Shown: one piece after another, positions 27,885-37,791 of the stretch
How positions within the stretch are numbered: the stretch's first letter is position 1
Layout of the letters: each line of letters opens with the position of its first letter
Source of the DNA: an uncultured Alphaproteobacteria bacterium
Lineage (GTDB): Bacteria > Pseudomonadota > Alphaproteobacteria > HIMB59
Direction of reading: 5' to 3'
Length of the DNA: 64,000 bases
Assembly: GCA_902556735.1 (NCBI GenBank)
Contig: CACDXE010000003.1
Coordinates: 83,817-147,816, forward strand
Notes under the pieces: model-generated
The model's database searches: none
What the model was told of the DNA's origin: nothing
What the model saw: only the letters and a program-made list of their open reading frames with translations
Program-made: the position numbers and the translations under genes

Positions 27885-29078
27885 TTGATTAATTTTATAA
27901 ATAAAAATTCAAATTTATTAATATTTGGCTTTCTAATAGCATTCGCATCAGGATTTGGACAAACATTTTTTATCTCTCTTTTTAGTGAAGATTTTAGAGA
28001 AACATTTAACTTAAGTAATACTCAATTTGGCAGTCTGTATTCAATAGCTACAATTTTAAGTGCGTTAACTATTATATGGGCTGGCAAACTTATAGATACG
28101 GTCTCTCTTAAAAAATATACTTTAGCTATTGTATTAGGTCTTTCAATAACATGTTTTTTTGCAAGTATTGTGTTTAATGTAATTCTTCTTTTTTTTGTAA
28201 TTTATTTTTTAAGACTTTTTGGACAAGGGCTTATGGGACACACTTCAAGAACGACCATGGCAAGATACTTTAAAGGTAATAGAGGAAAAGCATTAGCTAT
28301 ATCTGGATTTGGTTTTTCTTTTGGTGAGATGATCTATCCATTGGTAGTAGTAATTTTAATATTAACTTTTGGCTGGAGAATTACCTGGTTTAGTTCATCT
28401 GTATTTATAATAATATTTTTTGGGGTTTTTTTATACTACCTATTGAATAAAAATAATTTTAAAAGTGAATCTGGGTTCGAGAATGAAGATATAAAAAATT
28501 CATTTTCATGGAGAAGAAGAGATGTCTTAACAGATCTTAAATTTTATCTTTATTTACCTCTTACATTATTTATGTCATTTACAGTAACTGGTTTTTTATT
28601 TCATCAAGTTTTTATTGGGCAATTAAATAATTGGACAATGTTAGATATTGCACAAAGTTTTATTTTTTATGCAATCTGTGGAATTGGTGGTTCATTGGTT
28701 TCTGGTTTGTTAGTCGATAAATTTTCTGGTAGGAGTGTAATCACATTTCACTTAATTCCCATGGCTTTAATATTTATTGTGATGTTATTTTCAAATCATA
28801 TATTTGTATTATATCTTTACATGGCAGGTCTTGGATTATCAAATGGCTTTACTGAAAATATGTCTAATTCTTTGTGGGCAGAAATGTACGGAGTCAAAAA
28901 CCTAGGTGCAATAAGGGCCCTTTTAACATTTTTTGGTGTTTTGGCCTCAGCTGCCTCCCCTTTCTTATATGGATTGATATTGGATGAAACAAATTCGATA
29001 AACACCTTGATCTATATGAGTCTTGCCTTAATAATTATTTTTTCTTCTATGAGCTTTATAGGTAATAAAATTAAATAA
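27885..29078 (+). CDS. MFS transporter
   Basis: About 12 TM segments, GFGQTFFISLF, GKLID, RGKAL, AEMYG..NLGAIR. Confidence 0.9.
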   Translation: MINFINKNSNLLIFGFLIAFASGFGQTFFISLFSEDFRETFNLSNTQFGSLYSIATILSALTIIWAGKLIDTVSLKKYTLAIVLGLSITCFFASIVFNVILLFFVIYFLRLFGQGLMGHTSRTTMARYFKGNRGKALAISGFGFSFGEMIYPLVVVILILTFGWRITWFSSSVFIIIFFGVFLYYLLNKNNFKSESGFENEDIKNSFSWRRRDVLTDLKFYLYLPLTLFMSFTVTGFLFHQVFIGQLNNWTMLDIAQSFIFYAICGIGGSLVSGLLVDKFSGRSVITFHLIPMALIFIVMLFSNHIFVLYLYMAGLGLSNGFTENMSNSLWAEMYGVKNLGAIRALLTFFGVLASAASPFLYGLILDETNSINTLIYMSLALIIIFSSMSFIGNKIK

Positions 29079-29571
29079 AATAACCTTTTTTAAAAGCCTC
29101 AATAGCTATCAAAGCACATCCTTTAGCATCTGATAATGCATCGTGATGATTTAATGGAATTCTTAAATTTTTACATACTGTATTTAGTTTATTGTTTTCA
29201 AATTCCCAATATTTTCTTGCGATTGCAACAGTATCTTTAAATTCTTGTTTAGGTAGGTCGATATTATAAAAATAACAACATGAGTGTAGGACAGATCGAT
29301 CAAAAGGAGCATTATGTGCAAAAAAGTAATCAACAGCTGATAATTCACTCTTAATTTGGCGCCACACTTTATCAAATGTTTTAGCTTTCTTTAACATATC
29401 CCATGTTAAACCATGAATATCTGTAAAATGAACTTCAGGTTTAGGTGGTCTTATTAAATGGGAGACTTTTTTTATAATTTTAGTTTTATTGAATATTACA
29501 TATCCAATAGCACATGCTGATGTCCTCTCACTTGTGGCTGTTTCAAAATCTATGGCTGCAAATAATTGCAT
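29071..29571 (-). CDS. DEDDh 3'-5' exonuclease (DNA Pol III epsilon-like)
   Basis: IDFETA, IHGL, AHNAPFD, HHDALSDA. Confidence 0.9.
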   Translation of the reverse strand: MQLFAAIDFETATSERTSACAIGYVIFNKTKIIKKVSHLIRPPKPEVHFTDIHGLTWDMLKKAKTFDKVWRQIKSELSAVDYFFAHNAPFDRSVLHSCCYFYNIDLPKQEFKDTVAIARKYWEFENNKLNTVCKNLRIPLNHHDALSDAKGCALIAIEAFKKGYFI

Positions 29572-31274
29572 TAAAATAATTGATCAATTTGATTTTGATA
29601 TTTTTTTTGTACTTCATGTCTCCTAACTTTCATTGTGGGAGTCATTAGGTTATTTTCAATACTAAAAGGCTCATCAATAAAGATAAACTTTTTTATTTTT
29701 TCTGGTTGAGTTAAGTCTTTATTTACTTCATCAATATATCTTTGAATATCTTCATAACTAGATTTACTCTCTGAGTTTAATACTAATAATGCTACAATAT
29801 AATTCTTTTGTTCACCAAAGACACAGGCTTGTTCTATCTCAGGAGATAAAGTTAATAGATTTTCAATCTTTGATGGTGCAATATTATCACCTCCTAGGGA
29901 AACTATTATATCCTTTTTACGATCTGTAATTTTAAGATAATTGTCTTCATCAAATTCACCAATATCCCCCGTATGGAGCCAACCATCTTTTATTGTTTGC
30001 TGAGTAGCCTCTTTATTATTCCAATAGCCCAGCATAAGGTTCTCCCCTTTAACTAATATTTCACCATCTTCTGCTAATTTAACTTCAACTCCAGGAAATA
30101 TAGGACCAACTGTATCAACTTTTACTTTATTTAATAAATTGCAGCTTACAACTGGTGAGGTTTCTGTTAAGCCATAGCCTTGTAAAGTCTTTAAACCAAG
30201 GGCATTAAGCGCCTCACCTACTTTACTATCAAGAGGTCCTCCACCTGATATAAAAGCCTCTAATCTGCCACCAAAATTATTTTTTACTTTTTTTCTGACT
30301 AATTTATCTAATATTAGGTTAATTATATTTTCACTAAAACTTAATTTAATATTTTTAAATTTTTTTGTCCCTAGCTGGATAGTCTTATTAAACAAATTTT
30401 GTTTAAAATTAGACTGATTTTTGAGATTAATCTTCATTTTTGCATGGAGATTATTATAAAATCTTGGAACAGCAGTCATTATATGAGGTTGTGCAATTTT
30501 TACTGTAGGCAGAAGTGTTTCAATACTTTTATTATAAAATACTTTTGCTTCTAAAATAATCTGAACAAATTGAACTGCATGTTCATATGAATGAGATAAA
30601 GGTAACCAAGTAAGAAAGGTTAAATCTGGACTCTTTATAGTTTTAAGAAGTTCATACGCTCCTTCGCAATTACTTAATATGCCTCCATGACTTAAAATAA
30701 CACCTTTCGGTAATCCTTGTGTACCTGACGTGTAAATAATGCAAGCTGGATCTTTTCTCTTAATTTCTTTAATTTTTTCTCTATTATTTTTATTGTCATC
30801 TGTTAAGTCATTTAAAAATACTAAATTTGAAATTGAATTATTTTCAAAATAATCAAAACATAAGATAAATTTGAAATTATATCTAACTTTTTCGCTGGCA
30901 GATAAAATAGTCTGAAGTAAATTTTTATTTGAAACTATTAAACCAACAGGCTGAGAGTCATTTAAAATATGCTCAAAATCTCTTGATGTATAAGTTGTAT
31001 AGTTGGGGACACAGATAAGTTTATTAGACATTATAGCGATATCAGAGGCCATCCATTCAGGTCTATTTTCTGAAACCAATAAAACTCTCTCTAATTCACC
31101 TAAATATTTGTTTGCTAAAAAATTGTGTATTTTCGTTGTTAGATTTTTTGTCTCTAACCAACTCATTGAGATAACTTGATTGTTTGAGTCGAGTTTTAGT
31201 AAGTGTTGATTATTTTCGTTCTTATCTGCTTGAAAATAAAATAATTCTGGAAGATTATTAAATTTATTCATCAT
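29571..31274 (-). CDS. long-chain fatty acid--CoA ligase
   Basis: IIYTSGTQGLPKG, LPLSHSYE, QGYGLTE, GWLHTGD, ITDRKKD. Confidence 0.92.
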   Translation of the reverse strand: MMNKFNNLPELFYFQADKNENNQHLLKLDSNNQVISMSWLETKNLTTKIHNFLANKYLGELERVLLVSENRPEWMASDIAIMSNKLICVPNYTTYTSRDFEHILNDSQPVGLIVSNKNLLQTILSASEKVRYNFKFILCFDYFENNSISNLVFLNDLTDDNKNNREKIKEIKRKDPACIIYTSGTQGLPKGVILSHGGILSNCEGAYELLKTIKSPDLTFLTWLPLSHSYEHAVQFVQIILEAKVFYNKSIETLLPTVKIAQPHIMTAVPRFYNNLHAKMKINLKNQSNFKQNLFNKTIQLGTKKFKNIKLSFSENIINLILDKLVRKKVKNNFGGRLEAFISGGGPLDSKVGEALNALGLKTLQGYGLTETSPVVSCNLLNKVKVDTVGPIFPGVEVKLAEDGEILVKGENLMLGYWNNKEATQQTIKDGWLHTGDIGEFDEDNYLKITDRKKDIIVSLGGDNIAPSKIENLLTLSPEIEQACVFGEQKNYIVALLVLNSESKSSYEDIQRYIDEVNKDLTQPEKIKKFIFIDEPFSIENNLMTPTMKVRRHEVQKKYQNQIDQLF

Positions 31275-32082
31275 TAATTATAGTTTCATAAAACTCATCC
31301 ATCTTATTCATTAAATTTTCATCATAAGTTACTAAATGTTCATTCTCATCAACGAAATAACTACTTTTAGGTGAATTTGCTAATTTGTAAATTTTTTCAC
31401 CCATTCTAAATGGAACAATATCATCCCCTGTGGCATGCATAATAAATAAAGGGGAGATAACGTTTTTAATCTTTTTATCACTTAAATACTTATCTTTAAG
31501 CATGATTGAAACAGGAAGGTATGGATAATGAAATTTAGCTGCATCTATCATTGAAGTAAATGGTGCCTCCAGGATTAGACCCTTAAAATTATTATTCTGA
31601 GCTATCTCTATACTAACAGCAGTTCCTAACGACTCCCCATAAATAATGATGTCCTTTTTAGAAATATTTTTTTCTTCAAGCCATTTTATAGCACTTCTAG
31701 CGTCATCATATAAACCATCCTCAGTAGGTTCACCCTCATTACCGCTATATGATCTCCAAGAAATAAGTAAAATATTTTGGTTATATTTTGATAACTTGTT
31801 AATTTTATAAAATCTATTTTCAATAGGACCAGCATTACCATGAAACATTAGTAATGTAGTTTTAGTATTAGATGGATGTTTATAAAAAATTGACCTTAAT
31901 TTTATATTTGAGCTATTTTCAATAAATACTTGTTCAGCAGGAATAATTAGTAATTCATCATCATAATTATCAATTTGAGGGACATAAAGAAGAGATCTTT
32001 GTTTTGTATAAACATAAAAGATAATTAAAAGGTATATAAATAATAATATTAAGATGATCTTGATTGTTAATGAGTAATTCAT
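31264..32082 (-). CDS. membrane-anchored alpha/beta hydrolase
   Basis: N-terminal TM, FHGNAG, GESLG nucleophile, D..VP, terminal His. Confidence 0.88.
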   Translation of the reverse strand: MNYSLTIKIILILLFIYLLIIFYVYTKQRSLLYVPQIDNYDDELLIIPAEQVFIENSSNIKLRSIFYKHPSNTKTTLLMFHGNAGPIENRFYKINKLSKYNQNILLISWRSYSGNEGEPTEDGLYDDARSAIKWLEEKNISKKDIIIYGESLGTAVSIEIAQNNNFKGLILEAPFTSMIDAAKFHYPYLPVSIMLKDKYLSDKKIKNVISPLFIMHATGDDIVPFRMGEKIYKLANSPKSSYFVDENEHLVTYDENLMNKMDEFYETIINDE

Positions 32083-32501
32083 TTAATTCTGTAAATAAAC
32101 TTATCAAAATATCCTTGGGCAGATTTAGGAAATTTTTTTAATTTAGAAAAATTAACTTTTGATTTTTTATATTTGTAAAAAATATGGCCGATAGAAGGTA
32201 TATTTTTATTTAAGGTACCTGTTGATATTGAGATATAATCATTAGAAAATTTTTTTTGAAAAAATAATGAACTACCACAAATTGAACAAAAACCTCTTTT
32301 ATAATGTTTACTAGAAATAAACCACTTAAGAGTTTTTTTACTTTTAAAATTTAGATTTTCTTTTTTTACTTTTGTATAAGAACTAAATTCAGCATTTGAA
32401 GCCTGGCACATCTGGCAATGGCAAAAAACTGAGTATCTACATTCATTTTTAATCTCAAAGCTAATTTTCTTGCAAAGACAAGAGCCTTTAATTTTTTTCA
32501 T
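32079..32501 (-). CDS. GFA family Zn-binding protein
   Basis: GSCLC, CHCQMC, RGFCSICGS. Confidence 0.88.
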   Translation of the reverse strand: MKKIKGSCLCKKISFEIKNECRYSVFCHCQMCQASNAEFSSYTKVKKENLNFKSKKTLKWFISSKHYKRGFCSICGSSLFFQKKFSNDYISISTGTLNKNIPSIGHIFYKYKKSKVNFSKLKKFPKSAQGYFDKFIYRIK

Positions 32502-32755
32502 TTATTCATCATTTTGTGCTTTGCTAAAGATATACCGTTTTTTATTTTAAAATCATACGACTCCTCAAATGATGATAATTGCCAACCAGAAAGTCTATTT
32601 TTTAACTCAGAAATATTATTTATTTTCCATTCATTTGTAGTATTTTCGTCTTTCCATATCACTTTTTCTTCAGAAGTTCTAGAACAGCCATAACAGTATC
32701 CGGTTAATGGATCAGTTTTGCATATTGATATACAAGGTGAAATAATTTTTTCCAT
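32498..32755 (-). CDS. DUF1289 family protein
   Basis: SPCISIC...GYCYGCSRT..E...W. Confidence 0.85.
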   Translation of the reverse strand: MEKIISPCISICKTDPLTGYCYGCSRTSEEKVIWKDENTTNEWKINNISELKNRLSGWQLSSFEESYDFKIKNGISLAKHKMMNK

Positions 32756-32864
32756 GGACACATTATATCCAAATAAACCCTAATATCATTGAAAATTATT
32801 TTTAAAATCGTATTAAAAAATGCTAATTGAAAAATTAAAAAATTATTGTAGTTTGATGCAACGT

Positions 32865-32939
32865 TCCGCAGTAGCTCAGCGGTAGAGCATTCGGCTGTTA
32901 ACCGACAGGTCGTAGGTTCGAATCCTACCTGCGGAGCCA
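32865..32939 (+). tRNA. tRNA-Asn(GTT)
   Basis: TCCGCAG...CTGCGGA acceptor stem, AGCTCAGCGGTAGAGC D-arm, CT-GTT-AA anticodon loop, GGTTCGAATCC, CCA. Confidence 0.97.
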
Positions 32940-32946
32940 GTTTCTT

Positions 32947-33858
32947 ATGAACTCCAAACACTTCTTATCTACTTTATGTCTAATTGTAGCATCGATAATT
33001 TGGGGTACTGCATTTGTGGCTCAAACTACTGGAATGGAATTTATTGGTCCACTAACTTTTACTAATATGCGTTTTTTAATTGGAGGAATAATAGTTTTAC
33101 CTTTTGCTATTTATGAAATTAATAAAATTAAAAAACTCAAAAATAAAAAAAAATTTATATTCGTAGTTCTGTTAACTGGTTTAAGTTTATTATTGGGAAC
33201 TTACCTTCAACAATACGCATTACAGTATACTAAAGTAGGAAATGCAGCTTTCTTAACTATATTATATGTTCCATTTGTTCCTATAATATCAAGATTATTT
33301 TTAAAAAAGAAAATACACTGGAGTATTTGGTTATCTGTATCAATATGTCTCGTAGGATCTTATTACTTAACTCTTGAAAATAGTTTTGAAGCACAATTTG
33401 CTGATATACTTGTAATTATATGTGCTTTATTTTTTGCAATACATTGCATTCTAATTGATGAATACTTTGAAATTATAAATGCACCATTTACTTTAGCATC
33501 ATCTCAATTTCTATTATGTTTTTTTTATAGTTTACCTTTTATATTTATTTTTGAAAATCCTACTATTGATGGAATATCAAAAGAAATCTTTGAGCTTTTA
33601 TATGTGGGTGTAATGTCTAGTGGAATTGCTTATACCCTTCAAGTTTTTGGTCAAAGGTATGTAAAACCCTCTACAGCGGCAATTACGTTTTCTCTTGAAG
33701 GAGTATTTGGATCGTTAGCAGCTTGGGTTATTCTTTCTCAATTTTTGACAAATGTTCAGATTTTTGGGTGTTTTTTAATACTTATTGGTGTACTCGTTGC
33801 ACAACTTTTACCCTTAATTAACAAAGAAGCAGCCCTAAATAGGTTTTATAGTGAATAA
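32947..33858 (+). CDS. DMT/EamA family transporter
   Basis: IWGTAFVAQ, 10 TM segments, IAYTLQ, SLEGVF. Confidence 0.9.
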   Translation: MNSKHFLSTLCLIVASIIWGTAFVAQTTGMEFIGPLTFTNMRFLIGGIIVLPFAIYEINKIKKLKNKKKFIFVVLLTGLSLLLGTYLQQYALQYTKVGNAAFLTILYVPFVPIISRLFLKKKIHWSIWLSVSICLVGSYYLTLENSFEAQFADILVIICALFFAIHCILIDEYFEIINAPFTLASSQFLLCFFYSLPFIFIFENPTIDGISKEIFELLYVGVMSSGIAYTLQVFGQRYVKPSTAAITFSLEGVFGSLAAWVILSQFLTNVQIFGCFLILIGVLVAQLLPLINKEAALNRFYSE

Positions 33859-33902
33859 ATAATCCTACTTTTTATCTAACAAATAAAATAAAATCACACA
33901 TT

Positions 33903-35264
33903 ATGAGTGAGGATAGTAAATTTTTTTTAAAAGACAGTGATGTGCCAAAACAGTGGTACAACCTGGGAGCGGATTTAAAAGAGCCTATGAGCCCACCCTT
34001 AAATCCAGGAACAAAACAACCAATAGGTCCAGATGACTTAGCACCTTTATTTCCCATGGAATTAATAATGCAAGAAGTTACACAAGAGAGGTATATTGAT
34101 ATTCCAGGACCAGTTTTAGAGGCATACAGTCGTTGGAGATCTACACCACTAGTAAGGGCTAGAGCTTTAGAGAAAGCATTAGATACACCAGCAAGAATTT
34201 ATTACAAATACGAAGGAGCAAGTCCTTCAGGTAGCCATAAACCTAATACTGCTTTAGCACAGGCTTTTTATAATAAAGAGGCAGGTGTAAAAAAAATAGC
34301 AACTGAGACTGGAGCTGGTCAATGGGGTACAGCTTTAAGTTATGCCGGAGCAGTATTTGGAATAGAAATAAAAGTATTCATGGTAAAAGTAAGCTATGAT
34401 CAAAAGCCTTACAGAAGAGCTATAATTGAAAGTTACGGTGGAAGTGTTGTAGCTAGCCCGTCAAATGAAACAAATTCAGGTAGAGCCATTCTTGAAAAAG
34501 ATCCAAATAGTTCAGGCTCGCTTGGTATAGCAATCTCTGAAGCAGCTGAAGTTGCAGCTACAAATGATGATACAAAATATGCATTAGGTAGTGTTCTTAA
34601 TCATGTTTTAATGCATCAGTCTATAATTGGGCAAGAGGCACTACTACAAATGGAAATGGCTAATGATTATCCTGATATAGTTATAGGATGCACTGGTGGA
34701 GGAAGTAATTTCTCAGGTTTATGTAATCCTTTTTTAGGAAAAAAATTTAGAGGAGAACAAGATGTTCATGCTATTGCAGTTGAGCCATCTTCTTGTCCTT
34801 CTTTAACTAAAGGTAAATATTCCTATGACTTTGGTGATACTCTAAAATCTGCACCATTGTTAAAGATGCACACATTAGGCTCTGATTTTATGCCATCACC
34901 CACACATGTAGGTGGACTAAGGTACCATGGAATGTCTCCAATGCTATCGCATTTAGTTCATAATGGTCATATGGAACCTAGAGCTTATGGTCAAAAGGAG
35001 TGCTTAGAAGCCGGTATACAATTTGCCAGAACTGAGGGCATTATGCCTGCACCCGAAGCTACTCACGCAATTAAAGGTGCTGTTGATGAAGCTCTTAAAT
35101 GCAAAGTAGAGGGTAAATCAAAAGCTATTTTGTTCAATCTTTGTGGGCATGGTCATTTTGATATGCAAGCATATATGGATTATTTTTCAGGTAATCTTGC
35201 TGAAGATAAATTCGATACTGAAGCTTTTGAAGAGTCTATGGCATCAATACCTGCTGTAAATTAA
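33903..35264 (+). CDS. trpB2: TrpB2-type tryptophan synthase beta-like PLP enzyme
   Basis: PKQWYN, GSHKPNTA (PLP Lys), ETGAGQWG, GGGSN, PLLKMHTLG, LRYHG, NLCGHGHFD. Confidence 0.92.
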   Translation: MSEDSKFFLKDSDVPKQWYNLGADLKEPMSPPLNPGTKQPIGPDDLAPLFPMELIMQEVTQERYIDIPGPVLEAYSRWRSTPLVRARALEKALDTPARIYYKYEGASPSGSHKPNTALAQAFYNKEAGVKKIATETGAGQWGTALSYAGAVFGIEIKVFMVKVSYDQKPYRRAIIESYGGSVVASPSNETNSGRAILEKDPNSSGSLGIAISEAAEVAATNDDTKYALGSVLNHVLMHQSIIGQEALLQMEMANDYPDIVIGCTGGGSNFSGLCNPFLGKKFRGEQDVHAIAVEPSSCPSLTKGKYSYDFGDTLKSAPLLKMHTLGSDFMPSPTHVGGLRYHGMSPMLSHLVHNGHMEPRAYGQKECLEAGIQFARTEGIMPAPEATHAIKGAVDEALKCKVEGKSKAILFNLCGHGHFDMQAYMDYFSGNLAEDKFDTEAFEESMASIPAVN

Positions 35265-36535
35265 TTTACATTAGGTAAATCATCAAAATTTGATGTGTAT
35301 GCGGGACTTAAGTTTTGTCGTCTAGTTATGTAAAACTTTTCGTAGTTTTCTTTAGCAACACAAATAGTCCCGCTTCCGTATCTGTTATTTAGATTATCAA
35401 ATACCTTATTTACCCTAATTTTTTTTAAAATACTCTCTTCTGATTGACGAAAAAATAAATCTCTATTGTATTCCCCCTCTGGAATTAAATCTGAGAGTAA
35501 AACACCTGCTTTTTTATATTTAATTTCTGGTCGATAAATAGATTTTAGTGCCTTTATAGCAAATTTAATCGTCTCAAATAAGTCATTTGATGGAGATATA
35601 AAATCATAAGTTCTAGCTGCATGGTATTGTTTATTATTGTTGTTAAATTTATTTGAACGAATAAATGTAGTAATTCTTTTTGCCTGCAAACCATCAGATC
35701 TAATCTTTTCAGAGGCTCTAGTAGCATAAGATATTATTCTTTTCTCTAAATCATGGAAACTAGTTACATAACTCTCGAAAGATCTTGATACTCGACATTG
35801 TTTTTTTGGTTCAGATCTCTCTACTATAGGTATACATATTTCACCATGTAGTTCTCTATAGGTTCTCTCTCCCACTACTCCTAGGTGTTGCCTAACCCAC
35901 CTTGGGTCTGTTTTGTATAGATCGTATGCGGTGTAGATACTATTTTTTTGAAGAAATTTTTCTATCCTAGCTCCTATTCCCCAAATATCACCCACCCCTA
36001 ATACCTTTAGGGATATTTCTATTTGTTTTTGATTTATAATTTCTACTACTTGCGATCCTAGTTCATCTTTTTTAGCTAGATGGTTTGCTACTTTTGATAA
36101 TGTTTTATTGTTAGCTATTCCTATACTTACAGGTATGCCTATCCACTTTCTTATTATTTTTTTTATTCCTTCTGCTCTTGAAACAAAACTTCTCTCTGAA
36201 TATTTATTTAATATTAAAAAAGCTTCATCTATAGAATAAACTTCCAATCTATCACAATGCTCTTTTAATACTCCCATTACCCTAGATGAGATATTTCCAT
36301 ATAAACTATAATTTGATGAAAACACATGCACTGGATATTTTTTTATTATTTGCTTTATCTCAAAGAAAGGTACTCCCATTTTAATTCCTAATTTCTTAGC
36401 TTCAGAACTTCTAGCTATGACACATCCATCGTTGTTTGATAGAACTACAATAGGTTTTTTACTTAAATCGGGTTTAAAGATAGTCTCACACGAGGCATAA
36501 AATGAATTACAATCTACTAGGGCCACTATATTCAT
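35261..36535 (-). CDS. umuC: DNA polymerase V subunit UmuC (Y family)
   Basis: DCNSFYASCE, SNNDGC, SSNYSLY, YSIDE, LSPAYT. Confidence 0.93.
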   Translation of the reverse strand: MNIVALVDCNSFYASCETIFKPDLSKKPIVVLSNNDGCVIARSSEAKKLGIKMGVPFFEIKQIIKKYPVHVFSSNYSLYGNISSRVMGVLKEHCDRLEVYSIDEAFLILNKYSERSFVSRAEGIKKIIRKWIGIPVSIGIANNKTLSKVANHLAKKDELGSQVVEIINQKQIEISLKVLGVGDIWGIGARIEKFLQKNSIYTAYDLYKTDPRWVRQHLGVVGERTYRELHGEICIPIVERSEPKKQCRVSRSFESYVTSFHDLEKRIISYATRASEKIRSDGLQAKRITTFIRSNKFNNNNKQYHAARTYDFISPSNDLFETIKFAIKALKSIYRPEIKYKKAGVLLSDLIPEGEYNRDLFFRQSEESILKKIRVNKVFDNLNNRYGSGTICVAKENYEKFYITRRQNLSPAYTSNFDDLPNVN

Positions 36536-36538
36536 GGG

Positions 36539-36976
36539 TTATTTAATAAATTGACGAATAGCGCTGGTAACAACTCCCCATATCTCTAATTCTGCATACT
36601 CTGATATTAAAATATTTTTATACAATGGGTTCTCAGCTTTTAAGATGGCAGAACCATCTGTCTTAATAACTAGTCGTTTGACAGTTAAATTTCCCTCGAA
36701 TATAGCTATTACTATATCTCTACTTTTAGCTTCTAAACTCCTATCTACAACTAATATGTCGCCATCATTAATTCCAGAATCTACCATGGAGTCACCACTA
36801 GCTCTCATTAGAAAAGTTGACAGGTGATTTTTGATCAATAGCTCTGATAAGCTTAGATTATTTTCTATATAATCATCAGCTGGGGATGGAAATCCAGCTG
36901 AAATCTTAGACAAAATATATGGCACAGACTCAAGGTTATTGTCCTTATTAGTCTTTACTGGGATATTTTTGTTCAT
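36539..36976 (-). CDS. umuD: DNA polymerase V subunit UmuD (S24 autopeptidase)
   Basis: AGFPSPA cleavage site, GDSM (Ser), TVKRL (Lys), IWGVV. Confidence 0.93.
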   Translation of the reverse strand: MNKNIPVKTNKDNNLESVPYILSKISAGFPSPADDYIENNLSLSELLIKNHLSTFLMRASGDSMVDSGINDGDILVVDRSLEAKSRDIVIAIFEGNLTVKRLVIKTDGSAILKAENPLYKNILISEYAELEIWGVVTSAIRQFIK

Positions 36977-36985
36977 ATTTTGTTC
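36971..36985 (-). promoter_or_regulatory. alphaproteobacterial LexA (SOS) box overlapping the umuD start codon
   Basis: GTTC-ATATTTT-GTTC, an exact GTTC-N7-GTTC direct repeat. Confidence 0.85.
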
Positions 36986-37041
36986 TTTTATAAACTATAA
37001 TAGACCCGAAAGGAATAAAAAAAATTTTAAAATAAAACTTA

Positions 37042-37314
37042 TTATTCGTCGCTATGTGAATTAATTTTTTGGTTAACAATAGCGAGTTGCTCACATAAAG
37101 ACTTAGTGTGAGAGATAAATACGTATAAAACCAAATAAAGTGATATGAAAATTAAAATAAAATCTAAGTTAATTAAATTAGGTGTTTTTAGAAAAATCTT
37201 ATTAATAAGAACAGAACCTATAAAGCTAGTTACAAAAGGTGCTAATCTAGAAAAAATAAGAAAATTACGAATTAGTATATTCCTTTGACTATATAAATTT
37301 GTGTTATCTTCCAT
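37042..37314 (-). CDS. hypothetical membrane protein
   Basis: 90 aa with two hydrophobic segments. Confidence 0.55.
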   Translation of the reverse strand: MEDNTNLYSQRNILIRNFLIFSRLAPFVTSFIGSVLINKIFLKTPNLINLDFILIFISLYLVLYVFISHTKSLCEQLAIVNQKINSHSDE

Positions 37315-37344
37315 AAATATAAACTAAAGTAAATATATTAGAAA

Positions 37345-37791
37345 ATGGGCAAAATTAAAGCAATCAATGTTAGTAATCTTGATGGAAAGAGTACTTTTTA
37401 TGTAAATCAAGCAATCTTAATTAAAAATAAAGGGATTATTAATGACAGGTATTATGAAAATTTTAAAGAAAATTACGAACAGGTTACTTTTATTGAGTCT
37501 GAAAAAATTGATGATTTAAACAAGAAAATAAAACAGAAATTAGAATATAAAGATTTTAGAAGAAATATAATTACATTAGGTATTAACCTGAACGAAACTT
37601 TAAACAAAAAGATACAAATAAATAATGTAGTTTTTAAAGTACATCAATTATGCCAACCATGTAAATATCTACAGGATAAATTAGGAATAAAAAATTTAGT
37701 CAAACTTTTAGCATTTAAAAGTGGAGTGCGAGCTGAAATTTTAAAATCAGGACAGATTTCTAATTATAATCAAATAAAAATAATTGAATAA
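37345..37791 (+). CDS. MOSC domain protein
   Basis: GIINDRY, QVTFIE, RRNI, CQPC, GVRAEIL..GQI. Confidence 0.85.
   Translation: MGKIKAINVSNLDGKSTFYVNQAILIKNKGIINDRYYENFKENYEQVTFIESEKIDDLNKKIKQKLEYKDFRRNIITLGINLNETLNKKIQINNVVFKVHQLCQPCKYLQDKLGIKNLVKLLAFKSGVRAEILKSGQISNYNQIKIIE

Noticed and set aside
32704-32961. 85-aa ORF on the minus strand
   Set aside because: It is the antisense translation of tRNA-Asn (LAPQVGFEPTT pattern) and is spurious.
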